In this document: in pieces, positions 53,290 to 64,000 of the stretch
Position numbering within the stretch: position 1 is the stretch's first letter
Layout: the number at the start of each line of letters is the position of its first letter
From: Octopus vulgaris
Taxonomy: Eukaryota
DNA: 64,000 nucleotides
Assembly (NCBI GenBank): GCA_951406725.2
Contig: OX597816.1
Coordinates: 135,966,001-136,030,000 of the forward strand
Direction of reading: 5' to 3'
The notes under the pieces: model-generated
The model's database searches: none
Seen by the model: the letters and a program-made list of their open reading frames with translations, nothing else
Told to the model about the DNA's origin: nothing
Program-made: the position numbers and the translations under genes

Positions 53290-54420
53290 TAGCAACTTTA
53301 GTATAATCCATTCAGACAGGGAGAATAGGAGGACTGCTTAAGAGTAGTTGTAAACATGGAAGTGAGGTAGAGTGACACTGATAGGTTGTACTTGTATAGA
53401 AGAAAGGGTGGGAGAGATTTGATCAATTGCCAGGATTGTATTGAAGCAGACGAAATCAGCTTAGGGTGGTATATTAAAAATGCTGTGGAGCCATTGTTGA
53501 AACATATGAAGAAGGTTGGCATCATCAAAACTGAAAATTGTGTAATTAAGAGAAAAATTGAAACAAGTAATGAACACAAAAAAAGAAAAATCATGGAAGG
53601 GAAAAAATGTACGGTCAGTTTGCAAGAGATGTGAATGCCAAGACAGATACAGAGGACTGGTGGCTATGGATGAGGAGGAGTGACCTGAAGATAGAGACAG
53701 AAGTACTCGTATGTGCAGCTCAAAAACAAGCGATAAGAATCAAGTATGTGAGTGCAAAATAGACAATACTACCAACAGCGACAAATGCAGAATGTGATGT
53801 GTGGTGAGAGGAGCAAAACGGTATGGCACATCATTAGCAAAAATTGGCACAACATGAATACAAAAGATGCTATGACAATGTGACAAGAATGATCCATTGG
53901 GAGCTCTGTGGAAATCACAGACTACAAAGAGCAAAGATGTGGTATGAGAAGCCCCAGAAGGAGTCACTGAGAATGAGAATTGCAAAATTCTATGGGATGC
54001 ACTGATCCAGTGCGATCACTTGACCAGACATTGGAAACCAGACATTGTTGTGGTGAATAAAAAAGAAAAAACATGCATGATAATCAACATAGCATGCCCT
54101 GGTAACAACAGGATCAATGTGAAAGAAGAAGAAAAAATAAACAATTATGACAATTTGAAGTGGGAAATACAAAGGTTGTGGTCAATGTGGTCAATAGTAA
54201 TTGGTGCACTTGGAACTATCAGCACTCAACTACCAACATGGCTGTAAAAGATTGGTGCAAGTGTGAAGGTAAAACACCTACAAAAATCAGCATTGCTTGG
54301 AACTGCAAGAATTCTTCACAAGGTTCTTGAAGCATGACCAGTAAACAAGTGTCACCTTAGTCTGCTGGCTGTGGACAGCTGACACTTTCCATTATACCCA
54401 GCAAAAATAAGCTGTGAGTC
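53290..54420 (+). mobile_element. 3' fragment of an R4/Dong-like non-LTR retrotransposon (REL endonuclease), pseudogenised
   Basis: LYLYRRKGGRDL; ETEVLVCAAQ; DKCRM zinc-knuckle remnant; KILWD; KPDIVVVNKKEKTCMIINIACP; VIGALG; LQKSALLGTARILHKVL*. Confidence 0.87.
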
Positions 54421-54598
54421 TTCAGCACATCATCATCATCATCATTTAGCGTCCGCTTTCCATGCTAGCATGGGTTGGACGGTTCAATTGGGGTGTGGGA
54501 AGCCAGAAAGCTGCATAATAATGATAATGATGATGATGATGATGATGATAATGATAATAATAATAATAATAATACTAATAGTCATCGTCATAATAAAT

Positions 54599-54638
<40 letters not shown>

Positions 54639-54640
<2 letters not shown>

Positions 54641-54853
54641 CCTTTCTACGATAGGCACAAGGCCTGAAATTTAGTGGGAGGGGACGAGTCGATTACATTA
54701 ATTTTAGTGCATAACTGGTACTTATTTCATCAATTCCAAAAGGAGGAAAGGCAAAGTTGACCTTGGCAGAATTTGAACTCAGAATGTAAGGACGGACAAA
54801 ATAATGCTAAGCATTTTGCCCAACATGCTAATAATTCTATCAGCTCACTGCCT
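54639..54853 (-). mobile_element. SINE family A copy, ~27 nt from the exon 54881 donor
   Basis: Full unit adjoining a long (AAT)n tract. Confidence 0.85.
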
Positions 54854-54880
54854 TCAATAATGATAAAAACAACAACATAC

Positions 54881-54962
54881 CAATCATTTGTTTCACCTTC
54901 GGTATCACTCTATCGATTGTTTCAAGGGCATTTTTGTGGTAATTGGCTTGTGCTGTCATGAG
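54881..54962 (-). CDS. ARHGAP17/ARHGAP44-like: RhoGAP gene exon (end of BAR): LMTAQANYHKNALETIDRVIPKVKQMI(D)
   Basis: gttgcag|CTC...ATTG|gtatgt; 82 nt, phase 0->1; AQxxYH BAR motif. Confidence 0.93.
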
Positions 54963-55094
54963 CTGCAACGAGAAAGTTTTCATTATTACATAACATACAA
55001 CAGAACATCTGCATTAGTTAATATTATAAAAGAAAACACATTTAGCCTAGCTATGAAATAATTTTAATGTCATAAACTCTCTAGTGAACAAAGA

Positions 55095-55157
55095 AACCTC
55101 TACGTCTTGCATGGGCAATCTTTACGTCTTGTATGGGCAACCTCTACGTCTTGCATG
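55095..55157. repeat. 22-bp minisatellite, ~3 copies
   Basis: AACCTCTACGTCTTGCATGGGC / AATCTTTACGTCTTGTATGGGC / AACCTCTACGTCTTGCATG, with no spacers. Confidence 0.9.
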
Positions 55158-55470
55158 ACTTATCATTAGGTAGACTGAACTACTAAGAAAATTCAAGGTA
55201 ATTTTTCAATGGCATGCCATTCAGGAAGTCCTGTATGCTATTGTTAACCCATGACTGTGCTACATATTCCCTTAGCATACGAGAAATAGCAGCTAAATCT
55301 CTCTCAAAAAAAACTCTGTCATAAAAATTGAAAGACAGATTGATTAACATAGCCCTAGATACACTGATAAAAAGTTATTGGGATGACTACAGCTGGAATA
55401 TCCTTGATTACAATTCATCTCAATCACATTTTCAATACGATTTTGTGTCTGTCAAACAAACATGATCTCT

Positions 55471-55700
55471 TTAACCCTTTTGATACCAACCCACCTGAAA
55501 CCACCTCTGGCTCTGTAGTACAAATGTCTTGTTTCCAAAAGTTCTGAATTAAAATCTTCCACCAAACCTTAGTCACAATTTATGTTCCTAACACTAGCTT
55601 AATGATAACTAAGTTATTTTATTGAATTCTTTGTTATATTTAAAATTAATTGAAAGAAACACAGAGGATCTCAACAGAAATATTGTAACAAAAGGATTAA
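55471..55700. mobile_element. Second TTAA-flanked MITE family
   Basis: TTAA-CCCTTTTGATAC...GTAACAAAAGGA-TTAA. Confidence 0.7.
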
Positions 55701-57182
55701 TGATGATAAACTAAAAGTTGTTTCATAGCAAAGCAGAAATATATTCATAAACAGAATTGATATTCCTTTGTTATTCAGCAGTAACTATAAAAAAGCATTT
55801 TGAAAATTTAAAAAAGAATTTAAATTTAGGTTAATAGTTTGATCAGTGTAAAAATGTACGCAAAGAAGAATCTAGTCTTTAGTTATGTTTCTTTGTAAAG
55901 TACAAATATATTTTATATTTCCTTTGGATGTCAAGGACCATACTAGGACCATGTACACAAGAATAGACAAAGTTGTAAGCAGATATGCAGGTGGTTTTAG
56001 GCTCATTATAATAGTTTGGACAATATACTATAAGTTTGCTTAAATTAGTATTTAAGTGATTAACAGTGATTAAGTATGAAACAATTATTAATGATTACAC
56101 AAAGACAATTAACACATTTGGTTAAAGTGTGTTTCTGATTAAATTAATGGAGATACTTTTTACTTAATACTTTTCTTGTTACATGTTTGCTTTATACAGA
56201 TTGGTGTTACCTTTCACTCGATACTTTTCATGTGGATGGGGTAACACTAGTTTTGTTTTGTTGATATTTAATGATATTTTTATATTCTTTTACCTGTTTC
56301 AGTCAATTATTGCAGCCATGCTGGAACACTGTCTTTAAGGGTTTTTAGTCAAATGAATCAACCCCAGTACTATTTCTTTTTAAAGCTTGGTACTTATTCT
56401 ATCAGTGTCTTTTTGCCAAACTACTAAGTTACAAGGACATAAACACACCAACACCAGTTGTTGAGTGGTGATGGGGGGATCAAGCACAAATACAATGACA
56501 CATACACATAGATATATACATATATGTGGCACGTAAAAAACACCACAGTCTAAAGACTAAAGCCAGTAAAAAAAGAGTAAAGAAAAAACTACTATCAAAT
56601 TCTCCTTGACATTTTTCTCGTTTTTTACCATTTTTACTGATACTCAATATTACAGGCAGTTCTTACGTGTAAGATTTACAACCACTTTTGTTTCAGTTCC
56701 CTTGTTTTATCTATCCCTTCTTTTAATCATTTCTCAAGAATACAATTCACCACTGGCCTGTATAAAGTATATTTCAAATTTATGCAGCAGTCTTTAATAT
56801 CTCTTATACCCAACCTCTTACATGACACTCAAATTACATATTTAGTCCCCCACCGCACACCAAAAAAAAACAACAAACATTTCTCATCTCAGTAAAATTA
56901 TTATATCAGTAATGATCCTTTAAGATTCTATTCACTCTTGTATCTTTTTATCTAAGGAAGCTGTAACACATGATTTGGAAAACTGTCAGGATTGGTATAT
57001 TAGATGATGAGTTGCTGTATTGTATCTCGATATTAGCTCCAAAAACAAATCAAATGTGTGATACTGAGCACTGGCTTAACCTTTCATTCTTCTGGGACTG
57101 ATAAAATAAAGACCAATAATACCTAATACATACTTAACTATATACCTCAGCAACACAGTAAAATACATCATGTCAACAGTCC

Positions 57183-57388
57183 TTAACTTTTTAGCATTCA
57201 GATTACTCTGTCAAATGTAAGGTTTATTTACTCACATTGTTTGGAATTAATCAAGCATTATCTTGTATCTTTGAGATTTCAACGATGTGATTGTTTACTT
57301 TGAGAATGACTTTGATATGGCTGGTTTGAACATAAAACAGGGAGGATATTTGAGTTAGATATGGCCAGTTTAAATGCTATAAGGTTAA
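57183..57388 (-). mobile_element. TTAA-type MITE (inverted relative to the copies at 22935 and 35890)
   Basis: TTAA at both ends; reverse complement matches the 35890 copy. Confidence 0.75.
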
Positions 57389-57410
57389 ATTAAGTGTTAA
57401 AAATACTTAC

Positions 57411-57479
57411 TGCTACTAGTTTTTCACAGTGGTCATTCTCTTTTGCAATGAAATTAAGCATTTCAATTGCTAAAGCATC
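57411..57479 (-). CDS. ARHGAP17/ARHGAP44-like: RhoGAP gene exon (BAR): DALAIEMLNFIAKENDHCEKLVA
   Basis: ctttcag|GAT...GCA|gtaagt; 69 nt, phase 0->0; resembles DQLAADMYNFMAKE. Confidence 0.93.
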
Positions 57480-57649
57480 CTGAAAGAGAGCAAATAATTA
57501 TTAACAAAGAATTTATGTCAAGTCAATATAATTACTGAAGCTTCAATGTTATGAACAATATGTGATTTTTAAAAGTCCAATGAATTTATTTTCTATGTGC
57601 AAATAAATACTTCTGTTGAGTCAAGACAGTTCTTAATATTGTAGGAACA

Positions 57650-58900
57650 ATTTAGAGCAATTCACAAAAAGAGCTTTGGATTAGCTAAAAGTTTTTCGTT
57701 TGGCCTGACATTGAACTGACCCAAGTCTGCTGCCACTGCTGCCTTTCATTGTCAGTTCACTGCATTTTGACAACTTACATCTAAATCAGCACAATCAGTC
57801 ATCCAGCATACTTTACATTGATATCTTCAATGCTCAGCTACTCTCTTAAAATCATTTATTTTACTTTCATACAAGTTCAGAAAACACATTTAACCATTTA
57901 CATTCACCTCATTTCTCCTAGTTCCCATACATCTCCATTCAAAGCTCATACCATATCACACTTTTAGAACATGTTTTGTACAGTATGCTTTTTATTCAAC
58001 CTTTGGAACTTTTTCCATGTCTTACTTTCATTACAGCCATCCCCAGGTCTAATTTATTACTGCAAATAAGTCTGTTGTCAGCCTTCAGCTAAGGTATGCC
58101 ATAATGCAGTTAAATCAGAAATAGTAATTCATACCATTTACCCATACTTCCTATGGAATGCTTCTAGAAGCACTCTGAATTTTCCCTTTCCAATGCTTTC
58201 TAGACTTTTGACAAGCAAGGAGGAATATCTGGAGGTAGAGCCATGATTTTCACTTCAATAACCAGATTGATGTTAAACCATTCCTAGTCACGTGCTTGTC
58301 AATCATGACTTCTAAGTATGTTGCTGCAGCAATCAATATTGGAAGATCCATCAGCAAACTCAGAACTTGATTGAACCAAATTCTTCAATAAGTTTACATC
58401 AAAGCAATCACCAATGGAACTCTCTCCAGCAGAACCAGTCTCATCAATTCCTTGAAACACTTTGAACTTCCAGGTGAGACTATATCAGTGACAATTCAAG
58501 GACATGGATACTTGCTATGAGCATAGAGATAAATAGTGTCAATTAATTTTTGACTTGTTTTTACTGTTGGGGTTAAACTATCTAAACTTATCTTCTCCAG
58601 GTTCAAAGAGACATCCAAATAAAGATGGCCTCATCAGCCAACAATGACAAAAGTCCTATAGTTTTTAATGGCTAGACATAATTTAAATGAATGACCTAAT
58701 CAGCTCAACTTCATAGTTAGTCACAGTTCAGAGGAGAGACCTAACTGTAGGGTATGATTACCCAAAAATGTCACTCCATCATTTTTATGAAGGAAGGGCA
58801 ACTACTACATTTCTCCATAGAGCTTCAAGTCATTGTATAGATGAGAGGAAAATGTGGGGTCAAGAAAATAACAATAAGTAGAGCAATAGTGATATTTTCT
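57650..58900 (-). mobile_element. Very old LINE-like remnant (probably RTE)
   Basis: Minus strand is purine-rich with fragments reminiscent of an RTE RT C-terminus; no clean ORF. Confidence 0.4.
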
Positions 58901-59190
58901 AGTGAGCCTCTGAGTTCAAATGTAAAAGTCATGTTGTTTAAGAAAGTTATGCCCCAGAATTATACAGGATCACAAGTTAAGTAACACATCTAAATGTACT
59001 TTTTTTATTAAAAAAATATAAAAACATAAGTAGATTTGAAATGCTAAAAGATGAAGAAACAATCTGAATAACCAAGCCTGTTTGAAGATGTAGAGAAAGC
59101 GAGATTCCTGCAAATATCATTGTCATCATTGTATATGAAATTGATGGCCAAACAAATCTTGAGTAAAACATCAATACATTGGTTGCCCCC

Positions 59191-59277
<87 letters not shown>

Positions 59278-59280
<3 letters not shown>

Positions 59281-59467
59281 TGATCGCTAGCCACTAAACC
59301 TTTTTTATTTTCTCTCTCTGTTTTTTTTCTGTGTTCCTTTCTGTTGAAGAGCCTAGACTCGAAACGTAAAAGACTTTCTCACTTCCCAAACATTAAACTA
59401 ATACATCTGTTTGTTGTTTACACATCTGCCTTCATCTTTTGTTTTGTTTTTTTGTAAATTCCAACTA
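59278..59467 (+). mobile_element. Short pLTR-like insert between microsatellites with a minimal hammerhead-like motif (59337..59372)
   Basis: CTTT-CTGTTGA-A-GAG-CCTAGA-CTC-GAAA-CG-TA-AAAG. Confidence 0.6.
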
Positions 59468-59844
59468 TATATATATGTATGTATGTATGTGTGTGTGTGT
59501 TATTAGCTTTTTTATGGGTATACATATACACACATATAGACATACAAACACAGATAAGTATACATACATTAACCAAAACACAGATTCATACACACAAAGG
59601 AAGGCCAGCATGTATGCATACAGCAAACACACACACACACACAAAGACTTAATTGATGTCTAAATTCTATAGAAAGAGTATGGTTTCTGGGTTAGAGACT
59701 ATTTTTTAATTGGAGAAAAATTTGAAAAATAAAACCAGAAGAACAAATATACATACACATAAATACACATGTACACACACACACACACACACGCACGCAC
59801 ACACACATTTTTTATATTCTCTCAAATATCAAGGAATATCATAC

Positions 59845-59965
59845 TTTGGCACTGTCTACTTTGTTCGCTGCATCTTCTAACTCTCCACGAATCAAGTCAG
59901 CTTTGTAAGCAGCAGCTGCCATGTTGTTGCTGTTCAACTGAGATTGACGTACTGCTGTGGTCCAC
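59845..59965 (-). CDS. ARHGAP17/ARHGAP44-like: RhoGAP gene exon (BAR): (R)WTTAVRQSQLNSNNMAAAAYKADLIRGELEDAANKVDSAK
   Basis: gttgcag|G...AAA|gtatga; 121 nt, phase 2->0. Confidence 0.92.
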
Positions 59966-60049
59966 CTGCAACAGACAAACATCAACTAATCAATAATAGT
60001 AATTTGTTTCCATTTATTTTTCATTAGTTTAGTCAGGGGAGACAGAACA

Positions 60050-61500
60050 GAGCCCATTACTGATTCAAACTTTCCTAGACTGGAGGATTAAGACTGCTGA
60101 GTGAAGTTAATACAATTAATGTGTGCTTTCAAATCTGCTTTGTTTCATCATTTAGTTCAGAGAGGAGATGCAGCCTCTTTAGCCTTTAAAAATCTTGTCA
60201 AGGTTGATGAGACCAATATTCAGTATGAACATCTGAAGGTTGATGCTTGCAAGAAAAACACAGAGGTGGGATAGTTCCAAAAGGTTACAGTTTTAGAAGA
60301 GAAAGATTGAAAAGTTTTTAGTCTGATATATAAAGGAAGTGGTGCACAGCTTGTTAGTTCTGATCAGTAGAAATATATTATAGTAATTATAATAATAAGT
60401 TTCAGAGAAAAGAAATAGCAAATCATTGGTCATATCTGTTGATGAGTGGAGGCTGGAGAATTAGTTGAATAAGCATTTTATTTTGGGGATGGAGTCTAAG
60501 ATGTTTGCTTGTATGTAACATCAGTATCATCTCAGATATGTGATGTTACACTTTAGGTTTATAGAAAAATCAGCAACTTGTCAGAACTGAAGTATGTTTT
60601 TGACACTGAAGAAAAACAAAGCTTTTGGAATGTAGTTTTGGCTGAGTTATTGATGTGTATTTCCCTGAAAGATGATCTAAGATCATGAGGTAATAGTTAT
60701 AAATTTTGTGTGAAGTTTTTAGTTGTGAGTTGTTCATGAATAGAGGATATGTTATGTTGTATGTTTTGTTTGTTGTGACTAGGTTTTGGTGCTGTAAAAT
60801 AGAAATTAAGGTAGTCATATCACTGTCAAGAGTTTCTCAAGATCTTTGTCCATTGAAAGGATGCAAGTGTGAGGTCAGTTAATAAACTATATATAAATAG
60901 GATATTACTGAAATTGAGACACATCTGCATTGATAGAAAATAAGTTAATAAGGGCTTGACCACTAATGCTATAATGGAAGGGCTTGATAAAGGAGAAAAG
61001 GACAGAGACCATATGCAGAAGGTTCTCAGAAGTGTGGTAGTGAAATGAATAGAAGTGTGATGGCGAAATGAATAAGAAGTTTTCATTTCAGTATTTTGTG
61101 TATATGTGCGTGGATATATTAGAAGCAAAACGGACAGCAAATATCGTGTCTTTTTCAGGAAAGCTACTGCTAATGACCTATCCTGGTTAAAGAGAGTCAG
61201 ATGAGATGATTCTGTAAAATTTGTAGAGCACTTTGTGGCAGAATAAATCATAGTCATCTGATGATGAGACATATACTGAAATATTTTAGGCCATAATTTT
61301 AGCCTGACAGTAGAGAGTAAACCACTTGACATATTTTGGTTAGTGGAATTTGGTTGTATGAAGGATGTGAAAAGACACACCACAGAATATGATTTCAATA
61401 GCTCACAAGACAAGGAAGCATATTAGCTAACATAAAGTTCAAGGATGTTTGGAAGGAATAGGATGACATGTGATAGATTGATGTGGGATGGGGCATCTCA
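60050..61500 (-). mobile_element. Degenerate LINE remnant (CR1/L2/Jockey-like)
   Basis: Minus-strand fragments near 60230-60300 resemble the SFF.RT...WN.LP 3' end of such RTs; many stops. Confidence 0.45.
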
Positions 61501-62032
61501 GTTGCATAGTGGTTGGATAATCCAATAGAAACTACAGCTCCTGGGAATTTTCCCACTCTTTACTGGCAGTCATCAACATAGAAAGAAGTTCAAACTAAAC
61601 AGCACACACTGGGGGCTTGGCGCAGCTCTCTGGCTTACCATCTCCAGTCAAACTGTACAACCTATGCCAGTATGGAAAACAGACATTAAATGATGATGAT
61701 GATGATGATGACAACGACAATGTATGTGTGTTTGTGTTTCAGTGTACCCTGTCTTGACATCTTGTGATGGGTGTTAACAAATATCACTGTTATACAAGCA
61801 ATGTTGTTAGTCTCCAGTCTTCCATGAAAATATATCCAACCATGGGGAAATATTTACTTGACTTGGAAGCAGGTGAGGGTTGAAAACATGAAGGGTATCC
61901 AGCCATAGAAAATCTGCATTTAAGAAAATTCTGTCTGACCCATGCAAGCACAGAAAAGTGGATGTTATACGATGATGAAGATGGTAATTAACAGAAGAAT
62001 TAATAAAAAGAAAACAATAATAATATATTTAC

Positions 62033-62109
62033 CGATTACGTGCAGAATCCATATCTAATGTTAACTTATTTAGATGCTTTCTCAATTTTACAATAGTAGG
62101 GATGTCATT
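62033..62109 (-). CDS. ARHGAP17/ARHGAP44-like: RhoGAP gene exon (BAR domain): NDIPTIVKLRKHLNKLTLDMDSARN(R)
   Basis: ttttacag|AAT...ATCG|gtaaat; 77 nt, phase 0->2; resembles EIPNIQKQRKQLARLVLDWDSVRAR of ARHGAP17. Confidence 0.93.
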
Positions 62110-62729
62110 CTGTAAAAGATAATTAATTACTCCAATCATATAAGCAAGATATCAAAATTGATCATTTTTTTTTTTTTAAATGAACAAACTAGAATGTTAG
62201 TTTTATGTATATTTTAATCATTGCAAAAAGGATTTGATTAACTATAACTAAAAAAAAAGTAAAATGTTCAAAGAAATACTTCATTTGTGGAATTGCAATG
62301 TGACCCTTCTGTATTGTCAGTACGGAAAGGTTTCCAGTATTGCAATGCATGTAAAAGAGCTTGCAAAACCTCTTAGTAGCTCCTGCACTTTCTCTGTGGG
62401 GCAAAGCATCTCTGCTTTATATGTTGTCTATATATTTCATCCATATATGTATGAGTGTGTCTAAGCATGTATATATGTAAGTGTATGTACATACGTACAT
62501 ACATACATACATGCAAACATACCTACCTACCTACCATATGTTACATATATATTATATCATACCTTGATACTGTGTAAACTAAGATCCCTGTTGATAGGCT
62601 GCTGGTTTTTATAGTGTTAAACATTTTCAGTATGCAAATTAGGGACTTCTTCATAGAGTAATTGCTGCATTTGTTGAGTATATAAACAGTTTGGCCGCTT
62701 GTTTCTCTGGAGACTGTCAGAATGATGTA

Positions 62730-62779
62730 GACACCTCTGATGAGAACCCAATAAGGTTTGAAAATCAATTAAGGTTGTT
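62730..62779 (+). ncRNA. Type I hammerhead ribozyme motif with complete catalytic core
   Basis: Stem I ACCT 62733-36 / AGGT 62772-75; CTGATGA 62737-43; stem II GAACC/GGTTT; GAAA 62760-63; short stem III; TTA triplet 62769-71. Confidence 0.7.
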
Positions 62780-63029
62780 CATCATTTTTTCAGTCTGTGG
62801 AGAAATGGCTAAAATTCCATATGTTACACACACACATATATATATATATATATGTATATGTGTATACATATAGGATTTGGAAGGGCATCCAGCTGTAAAA
62901 ACCATGCCAAAACAGGAACAGAAGTGTGGCACAATCTTCTGCTTGGCCAGCTCCTGTCAAACCATCCAGCCCATGCCAGCATGGAAAGTGAACATATGAT
63001 GATGATGATGATGAATTAATTGCCACATT

Positions 63030-63246
63030 TAAGGCAGTGAGCTGACAGAATCGTTAGCATGCTGGCCAAAATGCTCATTGGCATTTCATCCACTTTCACA
63101 TTCTGTGTACAAATGCTGCTGAGGTAAACATGACTTTCTTCCTTCTGGGGTTGATAAAATAAGTACCAGTTGAGTACTGGGGTTGTTATAATCGACTAGC
63201 TCCCTCCCCCGAAACTGCTGGCCTTGTGCCAATATTTGAAACCAAT
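63030..63246 (+). mobile_element. SINE family A copy (the only clear plus-strand one)
   Basis: AAGGCAGTGAGCTGACAGAATCGTTAGCATGCTGG...GATAAAATAAGTACCAGTTGAGTACTGGGG...GGCCTTGTGCC. Confidence 0.85.
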
Positions 63247-64000
63247 AAATAGTTGCATTCATGATGTAAAATAGAAAAGCCAATAAATTACATTGGTTCA
63301 AAAATTAAAGACCATGCAGTTATTCCTGTACTGATGTTATGTCAACCAAAGGCTGTGACCATGCTGGAGAACCACCATTTTGTATTTTTGTAAATTTTTT
63401 CTTTGTCATTTTACAGTGGATTCATTTGTAACAACAGATACAGAGAAAGATTATTTTATTAAGTTATCTGTGTTTTAGCCTTTACATATTATACATGGAT
63501 AGAGAGAAAGCAGCAGCTGCCCAAATCAGTTTGAAAAATAAAACTGGATGGAAATCCATTTGGACAATTAGTACTGTCATTTTCACATCATTTTAAAATC
63601 ATTATAATAGTATGGTAATGACTACTCAATTAAGTTGACTGAGATAATGTGATTTGCCTAAGAATATAAGACAATAATTACATGAACAAGTCTGCAACAT
63701 ATATTGCTACTCATCTCATTTTTATATTATCATGCTTGTGAGGTTCAATCTCTCCATATCTAATCTGTCTTTGTTTTTTGTTTTTTTTTGGGACTCTACT
63801 ACAGGTATTAATTCGTGTCAATATATGGGGAACATTTTCTTTCCAGTTCATGCATATCGAATGTTCACAAAAGGGAAACTGTCCTTCCTGTGCACATTCA
63901 GTGATGTCTTTAGTAACCAACCACTTCCACAGCTCACTTCAGCTTTTCATCCAGGTTAACATAACACATCTAAGGAATCATATTTCCATTTTCTCTAGAA

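Larger units (their letters stand above)
1..62109 (-). other. ARHGAP17/ARHGAP44-like: Multi-exon gene (partial at both ends): BAR-domain + RhoGAP protein, ARHGAP17/ARHGAP44 (RICH1/RICH2, Nadrin) family
   Basis: 14 GT-AG exons join in frame: ...LDMDSARNRW...AQANYHK...KPVYGVCLLDHLK...EEEGLFRIAG...GALKQYLRELPEPLLT...YLVKFLAKLA...NKMTASNIAIVIGPNLLW...ADYIFPG, then a Ser/Thr/Pro-rich tail with KKPAPPPPP. Colinear with the remembered ARHGAP17 sequence. Confidence 0.95.

Noticed and set aside
55095-55157. 22-bp direct repeats as a possible CRISPR array
   Set aside because: Units are adjacent with no spacers, the context is eukaryotic, and there are no cas genes.
60826-61413. 195-aa minus ORF
   Set aside because: Inside a decayed LINE remnant; no coherent domain and not needed for the gene model.
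62189-64000. Further upstream BAR exons
   Set aside because: No segment with splice sites and BAR-like translation found; the 5' exons probably lie beyond the window.

Overview
AT-rich eukaryotic (animal) genomic DNA. The SINE/microsatellite landscape resembles octopus (coleoid cephalopod); this is inference from remembered repeat families, not a search. One minus-strand gene spans nearly the whole window: a BAR + RhoGAP protein of the ARHGAP17/ARHGAP44 (RICH/Nadrin) family. I reconstructed 14 phase-compatible GT-AG exons from 62109 down to <1; both the start and the end of the gene lie outside the window. The introns hold three TIR-complete Tc1/mariner relics in (TA)n tracts (one with DD36E spacing), RTE, R4/Dong and other LINE fragments, many tRNA-derived SINEs, and TTAA- and hAT-type MITEs. 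The most unusual signal is a set of at least seven hammerhead-ribozyme-like motifs (CUGANGA...GAAA...NUH) in short non-coding, often palindromic, Penelope-pLTR-like inserts. One is fused to a tRNA-like Pol III head. The copies with the best-preserved cores are all antisense to the host gene. Also notable: a 753-nt symmetric exon and the next exon both begin with the same post-GAP D-[VI]-x-F motif, which suggests alternative C-terminal tails. All coordinates were derived by eye; repeat boundaries are approximate.
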